Assembly: GCA_038244115.1 (NCBI GenBank)
Contig: JBBRTU010000005.1
Coordinates: 866-64,865, forward strand
Length of the DNA: 64,000 bases
DNA from: Burkholderiales bacterium
GTDB taxonomy: Bacteria; Pseudomonadota; Gammaproteobacteria; Burkholderiales; JBBRTU01
Direction of reading: 5' to 3'
The notes beneath the pieces are model-generated. The model was not told where the DNA came from. It did no database searches and saw only the letters and a list, made by a program, of their open reading frames with translations. How positions within the stretch are numbered: the first letter of the stretch is position 1; every line of letters starts with the position of its first letter. Positions 48,719-57,859 of the stretch are shown piece after piece. Position numbers and translations under genes: made by a program.

Positions 48719-49782
48719 GCCGTCACTGTTGCCTGCATCAGCGCATCGTGCAGCACCAACGCAAAATCGCCTGCTGTCAGCATCAACATATCCGCATCAC
48801 ATCCGGCAAAAAAATCTGCGATGCACTTATCGGCGCTAGGCACCGGCACATCCTTCAGCGCGGATTCCAGGTCAGCGATGGTGCGGCGCGGGCTGATAAA
48901 AAAATCGCCGGTAAACCATACCTGCTTTATGCGTTGCGTCGTTGCATCGAATGCGACTGTTGCGCTTAACAGTCCGCCAGGAAATTTGCGCGATGCTGTC
49001 AACAGGGGCGCATCGGATTGGGGACGGCTTAACAGATTGATCCAATCCGGGTGATCGATTTCCGCAAGCGCCAGGTGATAGCGTTGCTGCTCGGATTCGC
49101 TGAGCGCCCCCGGCTCGAAGCGCACACCAAATTCGTCGGCAAAGGCTTGCACCAGGCACGACTGCACGGCATCCAATGCGGGCGTGGTGCCCAACAGATC
49201 GCGCAAATTGCTTACCCGCTCACGCGCCGAGGCGATGGCTTTGTCCGATAATTTTTCTGCCGGAATGCGCAGCACGCGCAGCATTTTTTCCACATCAAAT
49301 TCGATCAGCAGCGTGCCTTGATACATCAGTGCGTCGCCATCAAAGGCGCCGCCAGTACCGGAAATTTTCCGGCCATCAACTTCGATATCGTTGCGCGGCC
49401 GAAAGCGCGCATCCACGCCAAGCTTGGAAATGCCCCGCGCTGCCGCCTCGCAAATACGGCGGGAGAAGCCTTGCATATCCGGCGTACCCAGTTCATGTTT
49501 ATGCAGATACAGCTCCCAACCGAGCTGGGTTGCATCGAAATAAATCGCACCGCCACCGGTAATGCGTCGCTGAATGTCGATGCCGTTTTCACGGCAATAA
49601 TCCAGATTCAGTTCCTGTTCTGCGCTCTGGTGATAGCCCAGCAAGGCACAGGGCGTAAAGCGCAGGAAACGCAGGGTACTGGGCGACTCGCCCTGCTGAC
49701 GTGCTTCCAGCAAGGCGCGGTTAAGTGCGATATTTTCTGCCGCGCGGCGCAAGCCAGTATCGAGAATGCGCCAGGTCGCCAT
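48715..49782 (-). CDS. Lipoate-protein ligase (sLpl(AB)-type)
   Basis: LplA-like: LRFLRFTPCALLGYHQ...RRITGGGAIY...RKISGTGG. 355 aa including the C-terminal accessory domain. Confidence 0.85.
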   Translation of the reverse strand: MATWRILDTGLRRAAENIALNRALLEARQQGESPSTLRFLRFTPCALLGYHQSAEQELNLDYCRENGIDIQRRITGGGAIYFDATQLGWELYLHKHELGTPDMQGFSRRICEAAARGISKLGVDARFRPRNDIEVDGRKISGTGGAFDGDALMYQGTLLIEFDVEKMLRVLRIPAEKLSDKAIASARERVSNLRDLLGTTPALDAVQSCLVQAFADEFGVRFEPGALSESEQQRYHLALAEIDHPDWINLLSRPQSDAPLLTASRKFPGGLLSATVAFDATTQRIKQVWFTGDFFISPRRTIADLESALKDVPVPSADKCIADFFAGCDADMLMLTAGDFALVLHDALMQATVTA

Positions 49783-49784
49783 GT

Positions 49785-50912
49785 TTATGCCGCGACCACC
49801 TGAATGCCGGCCAGCCGATGATCGACAGATTTGCGCGCGCGTTCACGCTCGACAAGATGCCGCATGTCCAGTTGCAAACCGGCGTCGCTTTGCATGCCCA
49901 TGACTTCATCGCCCACGGCAATAGAACAGCAGGCTGGCGTCACGCGTACTTCTCGTCCGAGCCGAATGGCCAGTTCCACCGCGCCGTCGGCGGGATGAGC
50001 GATGCCGTTCAAGCCCGCCATCACCGCGTAGGCATCGACTTGCAACTTGGCCAAGCCCGGCGGGCGGGCGCAACCCAGCAGCAGAGGCATAGCTGGCAGC
50101 GCTGCTCTGGCGTCCATGAAGAACTGCCCTGTTTCGACGCTGTCCGGTACAACGAAAGGTCGATCAGCGGGTGCGTAGAAGGGCATGGCCACCACCAGTA
50201 CCAACGCGTCCGGCTGGTGGCGCTGAATGATCTCCAAAGCTTGCCATTCGCCCAAAAAACGGCCGTAATGCAAGCCCAGCACGATGTGGGGCACGACCTT
50301 CATTGCTGTCGCAACCAGGCTTTCCAGCGTGCGCTCGAAGTCATCGACAGATCGCTTCAGATGATAGACCTGAGCGATCGTGTCCTGCGCGCCGATCACG
50401 TCCATCATCGCTACATCGATGCCAGCATCAGCCATATGCTGCGCACTGGCACTGTCCGCCAGCGCGGTGTGCACGGCTATTTTGAAAGTGGGGAATGCGT
50501 CCTTGATGCGCCGGATAACCGGGTAGAAAGCATCGTACTCGACCTCGTTGCGATGATTCGATCCGCCGGTGAGCAACATGCCTGCGGCGCCGCTGCCAAT
50601 CTGTTCATTCACCACGCGCCATAGGGCTTCCGGCGTCGTGGCAGGCAACATCGGTTCGAGTACTTTCGCCTTGCAATGGTCGCATTGCAACTTGCACTTG
50701 TTGCCCGTAATAGAGACTGCCGGCCAGGCACTTTTGCCACAACCGGAGATTTCGGAAGACGTATAAGATTTGAACGTGGGCGTATGAAAATTGATTCGAG
50801 ATGCTGCAATATTTCTTGAGGCGCGACGCTCCAACTCGGCAACCAGGTCGGCATCAAGCGCCAGATCTTCGAGAGGTTCCACTTGCCGCACAATTTCCAG
50901 CCAGGTGTTCAT
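49785..50912 (-). CDS. Radical SAM protein, LipS1/LipS2-type (second copy)
   Basis: CKLQCDHC (CxxxCxxC). Sits between lbpA and the ligase gene. Confidence 0.7.
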   Translation of the reverse strand: MNTWLEIVRQVEPLEDLALDADLVAELERRASRNIAASRINFHTPTFKSYTSSEISGCGKSAWPAVSITGNKCKLQCDHCKAKVLEPMLPATTPEALWRVVNEQIGSGAAGMLLTGGSNHRNEVEYDAFYPVIRRIKDAFPTFKIAVHTALADSASAQHMADAGIDVAMMDVIGAQDTIAQVYHLKRSVDDFERTLESLVATAMKVVPHIVLGLHYGRFLGEWQALEIIQRHQPDALVLVVAMPFYAPADRPFVVPDSVETGQFFMDARAALPAMPLLLGCARPPGLAKLQVDAYAVMAGLNGIAHPADGAVELAIRLGREVRVTPACCSIAVGDEVMGMQSDAGLQLDMRHLVERERARKSVDHRLAGIQVVAA

Positions 50913-50918
50913 TTCTGA

Positions 50919-51356
50919 CTAGCCGCCACCAAAACCTTCGGCACTCATCTTGGCTTCAAACTCGCTGGCAACCGATACGCCCGTTATCAACACGCCAGCC
51001 TCTGCGTCCCAATTGCGCGGCTTCATTTTGACCAGCCAACCGTCGCCATAAGGATCGGCGTTCACAATACTTGGATTGCTAGCGACAGCGTCGTTAATTG
51101 CGACAACTTCGCCAGCTACAGGCGCCTTGATCGGCCCGACCCATTTACCGGATTCGACAGTGCACACAGACTTGTTTTGCTCGACTTCCTTACCCGGTTT
51201 CTTGGGAATATACGAAACAATGACCCCTGCCATGGAGCAGGCGTAACTGGTCATCCCAAGGGTGATTGTGCCATCGCTTTCACGGCGGACCCATACGTTA
51301 TTTTCTACGTTGTAATACAGATCATCGGGCAGGTTGCAGCCACGTACACTTGCCAT
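50919..51356 (-). CDS. lbpA: GcvH-like lipoate-binding protein LbpA
   Basis: 145 aa GcvH fold: YYNVENNVWVR...TVESGKWVGPIKAPVAGEV, with a candidate lipoyl-lysine in ESGKW. Confidence 0.85.
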   Translation of the reverse strand: MASVRGCNLPDDLYYNVENNVWVRRESDGTITLGMTSYACSMAGVIVSYIPKKPGKEVEQNKSVCTVESGKWVGPIKAPVAGEVVAINDAVASNPSIVNADPYGDGWLVKMKPRNWDAEAGVLITGVSVASEFEAKMSAEGFGGG

Positions 51357-51506
51357 TCAGTTCTCCTTGCCGGAAGTTGCCATCAGCATTGATCCTAAAA
51401 AAAGCAGTTAGCCACAGAATCTCTGTGATCTCTTGTCTTGAACTGAGGTTTTAAGATTGATCGCACATGGCGCGAGCTGGCCGTGGCAATTAAAAAACAG
51501 TGTGCA

Positions 51507-51549
51507 TAAAAGCAATGAGCCGAACCGCTTTGGCGGATCGGCTCATTGC
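51507..51549 (-). terminator. Strong stem-loop terminator between dsrE-like gene and lbpA
   Basis: 12 bp perfect stem GCAATGAGCCGA/TCGGCTCATTGC with an inner CCGC/GCGG pair, followed on the minus strand by TTTTATG. Confidence 0.7.
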
Positions 51550-51570
51550 CGGGTATGACTGAAAAGCTGC

Positions 51571-52080
51571 TTAAATATACAAGCAGATATCGGTTTCGCC
51601 AGCGAACTCGAAGAACGAAGCCGCACCGACAAAGTCGACACCGTCGATAAAGTGGTCATGTTCGAAACCGAACAGTTCCACAGTCATCTGGCAAGCCAGA
51701 AATTTCACCTCTGCTTCGATGCAAAGACCGCGTAAATCTGCGATAGTAGCCACGCCGCAATTCTTGATGGTCATCTTCATCAGCGTGGTTGCCAGCGATT
51801 CATAACCTGGCACCAGCGCTTGAACTGCGTTCGGAATGTTCCAGTTGATGCCCTTGAACCATTTCGGTCCAAACGGCATTTTCATTGGCATGCCGGGATT
51901 ACCCAACGGGCTGACCTTGAGCCCGCTCACATCCTTGGCAAGCAGCTGCAAACCGTAGAACGTACAAAACACCTGCACTTCATAACCCAGCGCCGCCGCC
52001 GTAGAGGCCAGGATTAGAGGTGGATAGGCCCAATCCAAGGTGCCCTTGGTGGCGATAATTGCTAATTTCTTTGGTTCCAT
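51571..52080 (-). CDS. DsrE/DsrF-like sulfur relay protein (DsrE2/DsrE3 type, COG2210-like)
   Basis: 169 aa. KLAIIATKGTLDWAYPPLILASTAAALG. Conserved Cys in KFLACQMT. Follows rhd-tusA. Confidence 0.8.
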   Translation of the reverse strand: MEPKKLAIIATKGTLDWAYPPLILASTAAALGYEVQVFCTFYGLQLLAKDVSGLKVSPLGNPGMPMKMPFGPKWFKGINWNIPNAVQALVPGYESLATTLMKMTIKNCGVATIADLRGLCIEAEVKFLACQMTVELFGFEHDHFIDGVDFVGAASFFEFAGETDICLYI

Positions 52081-52182
52081 TTCATTTCTCCCGACATTGA
52101 GTGGATCAGCGGATGCCCGTTTCCGTTATATTTATATATATTGTTGCCAACCCCCAGCTTAATAAATTGGCCATGCCGGAAA

Positions 52183-52410
52183 TTATTTTTTCTTCATCAA
52201 GAAAACATAGTCGCCGCCGACTTCCGCAGTGGAAATCAGTTCATTACCGGTCTGTTTGGCAAAAGCAGCCATATCTTTTACCGAACCGGGATCAGTCGCA
52301 ATCACTTTCAACACTTGCCCAGCAGTTAATTCGCCCAATGACTTCTTGGTGCGCAGGATTGGCAACGGGCAGTTTAATCCACGGGCATCCAGTTCTTTAT
52401 CGAAATTCAT
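52183..52410 (-). CDS. tusA: TusA-family sulfurtransferase
   Basis: LDARGLNCPLPILRTKKSL (CPxP motif). 75 aa. Start trimmed to the ATG at 52410. Confidence 0.88.
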   Translation of the reverse strand: MNFDKELDARGLNCPLPILRTKKSLGELTAGQVLKVIATDPGSVKDMAAFAKQTGNELISTAEVGGDYVFLMKKK

Positions 52411-52586
52411 GGTTCTTCCTCTCCTTGGTGTCTGTAAAGAAAATAAGTTAAAAAAACAAAGCAAGTCGCTTTGGTAAAAACATTGATTACTGTGTCTTTA
52501 TATAGATAAAATGGTTAAGCTTTACAAAGATTAGCATTTATAATCCAGCTCCCCGCAGATTGCAACCACTTTTCTACCTGCCAGCG

Positions 52587-52910
52587 TTACGCCGTTAGTG
52601 CAAAACCGGCATTCAACCAAGCCATAATGCCACCTTGCAGGTTCAACACATTGCCGATCCCTTGTGCGTTCAGGAAAGCGCAGGCCTGAGCAGAACGTGC
52701 ACCGCTGCGGCAATACAGCACTGCTGGCACGTCGCCATGGAGTTCGGTAAGGCGCAGAGGAATAAGGTGCAGCGGGATATGGAGCGCGCCCTCAATCTTG
52801 CCATGCACCAGTTCGCCCTCCGTGCGCACATCGATCACCCGCACCTGCCCCTGATCCTGCATGGCCTTAAGACCAAAAATATCGACTTCCTTGACGTTAA
52901 AATTAAGCAT
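52587..52910 (-). CDS. Single-domain rhodanese sulfurtransferase
   Basis: 107 aa. Active-site loop YCRSGARS. Confidence 0.88.
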   Translation of the reverse strand: MLNFNVKEVDIFGLKAMQDQGQVRVIDVRTEGELVHGKIEGALHIPLHLIPLRLTELHGDVPAVLYCRSGARSAQACAFLNAQGIGNVLNLQGGIMAWLNAGFALTA

Positions 52911-52972
52911 ATTTAGAATTCCATTAAATATTAGAATGTAATTATATAATATTTAACATCCGCCCAGCACAA

Positions 52973-53896
52973 CTAGCACCGAGGAGCGCCGTGGTACAGA
53001 TTGACAACATGCCGTGCCTCTGCAAAAAACAGCCAACGCTCTGCGAGCACGCCTAAAATTGCGCTGGCGCTCACCAGGCCAGCCATCAGCTGATTGACCT
53101 CACCAAGCAAACCCGACAGCCCCAAAAGTGGAAATCCAAAACCGGCAACGAATACAAAGACTTTCAGGGCTAGTGCATGCCGCCGCGCCAGTTGAAAACC
53201 GAATTCCTGCGTAAGAAAAGTGCCGTGGGTATGCCCAGCATCAAGCAGCTTCACCTGGGCTCTGGTAAATCCCGTTGCGGTTTGAATAGTCGAGGCACCT
53301 GGCACACTCTTGATCCAGAAGTAGTACACGCCTTTCAGCAAGGCCGCAAAAATCAGCAGCACCAGCACGTAAACCGGAAAGTTCTTCATCGGTGCAACCA
53401 CCAGCAACAACAACGCGCCGGAAAAATGCCCCAGCGCCAGATAATTGAGCGGCACCAGGGGGGTGTTCCATTGACGGATGGTCTTCAGGCAGGCGTAAAT
53501 CATTCCGGTAGCGAATACGGTCACCCACGCCAGCAGCGTGGCCAGGGCGCCCACAACGAGACGCAACCAATCCAGGCTATGCGCGTCCAGCCAGGTCAAC
53601 CCCAAGTAGGCCATGGCGATCGGAAAAAAAGCAATGGCGAACACGCCCTCCCGCGATAGCCAGGAGGTGCGAAAACGTGACACTGCGCGCCATGCATTTT
53701 TAGGATTAGCCAGATGGAAAGTCGAAGAAATCAGGCCTGCGGCAATCAGCAGCAGCGCCAGAATACCGATAAACAAAATCTGGTTAGCGGCAAGACCACC
53801 CAGTTTGAGAGCATCCGCCAGATACAACAGCGCGAACAGGCCGAAGCCGGCGCCGGAGCTAACTGTAAAAAAAATAACGCTAAACGCTGGATGCAT
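52973..53896 (-). CDS. soeC: DmsC/NrfD-like membrane anchor, SoeC
   Basis: 307 aa with about 8 TM helices, downstream of the Mo-enzyme and FeS subunits. N-terminus MHPAFSVIFFT is typical of the DmsC family. Confidence 0.75.
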   Translation of the reverse strand: MHPAFSVIFFTVSSGAGFGLFALLYLADALKLGGLAANQILFIGILALLLIAAGLISSTFHLANPKNAWRAVSRFRTSWLSREGVFAIAFFPIAMAYLGLTWLDAHSLDWLRLVVGALATLLAWVTVFATGMIYACLKTIRQWNTPLVPLNYLALGHFSGALLLLVVAPMKNFPVYVLVLLIFAALLKGVYYFWIKSVPGASTIQTATGFTRAQVKLLDAGHTHGTFLTQEFGFQLARRHALALKVFVFVAGFGFPLLGLSGLLGEVNQLMAGLVSASAILGVLAERWLFFAEARHVVNLYHGAPRC

Positions 53897-53914
53897 ATTT
53901 TACCTTCAAAGCTA

Positions 53915-53975
53915 GGACGCAGATTTCGCAGATATTCGCAGATCAAATCCTGCCAATCGGCTTTGATCTGCGTCC
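53915..53975. repeat. Short CGCAGAT-heptamer palindromic element (copy 6) in the soeB-soeC spacer
   Basis: GGACGCAGATTTCGCAGATATTCGCAGATCAAA...TTTGATCTGCGTCC. Three direct heptamers oppose one inverted heptamer. Confidence 0.85.
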
Positions 53976-53980
53976 GGAAA

Positions 53981-54676
53981 TTACCGTTTCACAACCCTAT
54001 TAACCAAGCCCTTCAGTCTTTCCTTGAACCCCGGTTTCCCCAGCCCTTCGATTGGGATGGGTTTGGCCTTGCGCGGTGGCAGGTACATATTGGTCGGGTT
54101 GTAACCCAATTCAGGCATGAGCGGGTAACCGCTGCGCTCGCGCACCACTTGGCTAACCGCCGAATCCGGGTCGTCAAAATCACCAAACATCCGTGCATGC
54201 GACGGACAGGTCAGCACACAAGCCGGTTGCCGTTCTTCCACAGGAATTTCCAGATCGTAAATGCGATCCACGCACAGGGTGCACTTCTTCATGGTGCCGC
54301 TTTCACGATCCAGTTCACGCGCGCCGTAAGGACAAGCCCATGAGCAGTAATTGCAACCCATGCACTTATCCTGGTCGATTAGTACAATGCCATCCTCGGC
54401 GCGCTTGTAGGAAGCGCCGGTGGGACACACTGTAACGCAGGCCGCGTCCTCGCAGTGCATGCACGACATGGGAAAATTGATGGTCTTGTTGTGCGGGTAC
54501 TCGCCCACCTCGTAGTGGCGCACGCGGTTAAACCACACGCCAGACGGCTCCGCGCCATAGGGTTGATAGTCTGTGAGCGGCCCCGTGGTACCAGAGGCAT
54601 TCCACTGCTTGCACGACACCACACATGCGTGACAGCCGACGCAGACGTCAATATCGATGACCAAACCTAATCTCAT
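53981..54676 (-). CDS. soeB: 4Fe-4S subunit of sulfite dehydrogenase (quinone), SoeB
   Basis: Four Cys clusters (CVGCHACVVSC, CMHCEDAAC, CMGCNYCSWAC, CTLC...). 231 aa. 4 nt overlap with soeA. Confidence 0.85.
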   Translation of the reverse strand: MRLGLVIDIDVCVGCHACVVSCKQWNASGTTGPLTDYQPYGAEPSGVWFNRVRHYEVGEYPHNKTINFPMSCMHCEDAACVTVCPTGASYKRAEDGIVLIDQDKCMGCNYCSWACPYGARELDRESGTMKKCTLCVDRIYDLEIPVEERQPACVLTCPSHARMFGDFDDPDSAVSQVVRERSGYPLMPELGYNPTNMYLPPRKAKPIPIEGLGKPGFKERLKGLVNRVVKR

Positions 54677-57555
54677 GATTTACCCTGCTTCTCGTCGCTA
54701 CGCGCACTGTAGCGCAGCACCTCAGGCCGTGGCTTATCATCGCCGGGCAAGCGCTTCAGTTCTGGGAACTCGGGCCAACAACCGGTTTCGCCAACCGCTG
54801 CCTTGGAAATTTTCACACGCAGATCGAACCACGCGGCCTGGCCAGTGACCGGATCGGAATTGGTGATGCGCCGCTCGCCATGCTTTTCCGGCAGCAATTC
54901 GGAGATCAAATGATTCAGCAGGAAACCCTTGGTGGCTTCAGATGCATCAGCCTTCAGCCCCCAGGCGCCCTTCTGTTTGCCAATGGCATTCCAGGTCCAT
55001 ACCGTGTTTTCCTCGCATCCTTCCATGGTTTTCAACTGGCAACGAATCTTGCCGTTGTGCGATTCGACCCAGATCCAGTCGTCATCTTTCAAGCCCATGC
55101 GCGCCGCCTGCCCAGCATTCATATACATGTAGTTTTGCGCAAGAATCTGGCGCAGCCAGGCGTTCTGTGAATCCCACGAGTGATACATCACCATCGGACG
55201 CTGGGTGATCGCATGGAACGGGTATTCGGCGTGATCAACGCGTTGCGATTCAAGTGGCTCGTACCACATCGGCAGCGGATCAAAATATTTTGCCAGGCGC
55301 TCACGGTCAGCTGGATTGTTGGGCTGCGGGCCATCGTACAAGCCTTGCCCGGCCAGACGGAATTTCTGCAGCGGCTCGGAATACAGTTGCATCACAATCG
55401 GTTCAGCCTTGCCGATGAAACCCACGTCCGCCGCCAGCTCCAAATAATCTTTGTTGGCAAAGCGGTTGTACTTCATGTGATCAGGCCAGTGGTAGGCGAA
55501 GAACGACTGGTTCTCGATGTATGCTTCCCACTGTTTGGGATTGGGTTCGCCCTTAAGGGACTTGTCACCATCCTTACCCCGCCAGCCGGCAAGAAATCCT
55601 ACGCCGGGCGAACGTTCGTAGTTGACGATGAAGTCCGTATAGCCCTTAAATTTGCGCGTGCCGTCAGGCTTGGTGAAGGCCGGAAAACGCAAGCGCGAAG
55701 CCAGATCCACCAACACTTCCTGCCATGGCCGCACGTCGCGATCAAGCGGAATTAGCGGGTAACGAATAGCATCCGCCGCTGTGTCCGGTTCGGAAATTGG
55801 ACGATCTAATAAGGAAATCGTATCGTGCCGTTCCAGATAGGTGGTGTCCGGCAACACCAGGTCGGCGAAATTCACCATCTCGGAATGGAAGGCATCCACC
55901 ACTACCAGGAACGGAATCTTGTACTGGTCGTATTCTTCCTCGTCCTTCTCGCGCAGCATGTCCTGAATGTTCTTGGTGTTCATGGTGGAATTCCACGCCA
56001 TGTTGGACATGAACAGCATCAGCGTATCCAGCGCATAAGGATCGTGATTGGTGGCATTGGTGATCACCATGTGCATCAAGCCGTGCGATGAAAACGGACT
56101 CTCCCACGAGTACGCCTTGTCGATGCGCAGCGGGTTGCCCGCTTTATCAATCACCAAATCTTCCGGGCGCGTGGGGAAGCCTAATGGCGGACGTGACAAC
56201 GGCGTATTCGGCGCATAAATCACATCGAGATTATTTTCCGGTAATTGGTGCGGCGGGATAGGCTTGGGATACGGTGCACGGGCGCGGAAATTGCCGGGGC
56301 CATCCAGCGCACCGAGCAACATCTGGATCAGGTGAATAGCGCGACAGGCATGAAAGCCATTGGAGTGTGCAGCAATGCCGCGCATGGCGTACATGGCCAC
56401 CGGGCGGCCAACGATTTTGTCGTGCTTGCGCCCGTAAATATCCGTCCACTCGATATCCAGTTCCACCGCTTCCTTGAATGCCACATGCGCCATTTCCAGA
56501 GCAACGCGTTCGATCGTTTCCGCCGGCACGCCGCATTCCTTGGCGACGTTCTCCGGCGCGTAGCGCTCATCCAGATAACGTTCTGCAAGCTGGCTCATCA
56601 CCGTCTTCACTGGCCTTCCATCGGGCGCAACGAACTCGCCGAACATGGCGGGTGTGGTCTCGACTTCCGCGCCGCTAACCAGCGCCTGCTTCTCTAAATC
56701 CCACACCAATGGATGGCCTGCATCATTGCGCAGAAAGAGTCCATCGCCCTTCTGACCCGGGGTGTTTACTACCAGCCATGGGGCATTGGTATAGCGCACC
56801 AGAAATTCCCAATCGAACAATTCCCGGCTGAGTAGAACATGTACGATAGATAAGGCAAACAGCCCGTCCATGCCGGGGCGGATGGGCACCCAGTCATCCG
56901 CAATGGCCGAATAACCGGTGCGTACCGGATTGACCGAAACAAACTTGCCGCCGTGGCGCTTGAGCTTTTCCAGGCCGATCTTGATCGGGTTGGAAGAGTG
57001 ATCCTCGGCCACGCCCCACATGATGAAATATTTGGCGTAATCCCAATCCGGCGCGCCAAATTCCCAGAAGGAAAAACCGATTGAGTACAGGCCAGCTGCG
57101 GCCATATTGACCGAACAAAATCCGCCATGCGCCGCCCAGTTGGGTGTGCCGAATTGCTGCGCCCACAAACCAGTGAGCGCCTGCATCTGATCGCGTCCGG
57201 TGAAAAAGCCCAGCTTGGAGGGATTGGTCGCGCGGATTTCTTCCAAACGTTCGGTGAGCAAGTTGAGCGCTTCCTCCCACTCGATTTCCTCGAACTCGCC
57301 CGAGCCGCGTTCAGCGCCGGGCTTGCGGATCAGCGGCTTTCTTAGCTTGGCGGGAGAATATTGCTTCATGATGCCCGCCGAGCCTTTGGCGCACAGCACA
57401 CCCTGGTTGGTAGGATGATTGCGGTTGCCCTGGATGAAACGCACCTTGCCCTCTTCCAGCGTTACCTTGATGCCGCAACGACAGGCGCACATGTAGCAGG
57501 TGGAATATTTAATTTCCTGCTTATCGTGATTTTCCAGTTTTAACACGGCATTCAT
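54673..57555 (-). CDS. soeA: Molybdopterin oxidoreductase catalytic subunit, SoeA (no Tat signal, so cytoplasmic)
   Basis: 960 aa. N-terminal FeS motif CYMCACRCG. No twin-arginine leader. SoeABC-like three-gene order beside sulfur relay genes. Confidence 0.8.
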   Translation of the reverse strand: MNAVLKLENHDKQEIKYSTCYMCACRCGIKVTLEEGKVRFIQGNRNHPTNQGVLCAKGSAGIMKQYSPAKLRKPLIRKPGAERGSGEFEEIEWEEALNLLTERLEEIRATNPSKLGFFTGRDQMQALTGLWAQQFGTPNWAAHGGFCSVNMAAAGLYSIGFSFWEFGAPDWDYAKYFIMWGVAEDHSSNPIKIGLEKLKRHGGKFVSVNPVRTGYSAIADDWVPIRPGMDGLFALSIVHVLLSRELFDWEFLVRYTNAPWLVVNTPGQKGDGLFLRNDAGHPLVWDLEKQALVSGAEVETTPAMFGEFVAPDGRPVKTVMSQLAERYLDERYAPENVAKECGVPAETIERVALEMAHVAFKEAVELDIEWTDIYGRKHDKIVGRPVAMYAMRGIAAHSNGFHACRAIHLIQMLLGALDGPGNFRARAPYPKPIPPHQLPENNLDVIYAPNTPLSRPPLGFPTRPEDLVIDKAGNPLRIDKAYSWESPFSSHGLMHMVITNATNHDPYALDTLMLFMSNMAWNSTMNTKNIQDMLREKDEEEYDQYKIPFLVVVDAFHSEMVNFADLVLPDTTYLERHDTISLLDRPISEPDTAADAIRYPLIPLDRDVRPWQEVLVDLASRLRFPAFTKPDGTRKFKGYTDFIVNYERSPGVGFLAGWRGKDGDKSLKGEPNPKQWEAYIENQSFFAYHWPDHMKYNRFANKDYLELAADVGFIGKAEPIVMQLYSEPLQKFRLAGQGLYDGPQPNNPADRERLAKYFDPLPMWYEPLESQRVDHAEYPFHAITQRPMVMYHSWDSQNAWLRQILAQNYMYMNAGQAARMGLKDDDWIWVESHNGKIRCQLKTMEGCEENTVWTWNAIGKQKGAWGLKADASEATKGFLLNHLISELLPEKHGERRITNSDPVTGQAAWFDLRVKISKAAVGETGCWPEFPELKRLPGDDKPRPEVLRYSARSDEKQGKS

Positions 57556-57700
57556 AACCCAACCATCCGAAGATTAAGACAATACTTTTAGAGACAGTTT
57601 AATCAGGCTCTTACACAATAATCTAACAGCGAACGACGCTGCGGCGCATATTTTTTTTGTTTAAACCGAAGGAAGCAATTGCGCCTAGATTTACGCTAGC

Positions 57701-57730
57701 AAAAAATAAAGCCGGCTTTTAGCCGGCTTT
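57701..57730 (-). terminator. Rho-independent terminator downstream of the ArsR-rhodanese gene
   Basis: On the minus strand: AAGCCGGCT-aaa-AGCCGGCTT followed by TATTTTTTG. Confidence 0.7.
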
Positions 57731-57859
57731 ATATCAACACTTCCTAATATTCTGCTAGATTTAACTGCTTGTTGCAAAAAGAGATTACTAATCGGGCAAT
57801 AGATTGTTCTGATATGGTTGAGAAATATCAAGCTTTCATTCGAATTAACTTTGTCCGGA

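Noticed and set aside
49725-50624. 299 aa ORF antisense to the radical SAM gene
   Set aside because: Shadow ORF with an Arg/His-rich composition. The opposite strand carries the CxxxCxxC protein.
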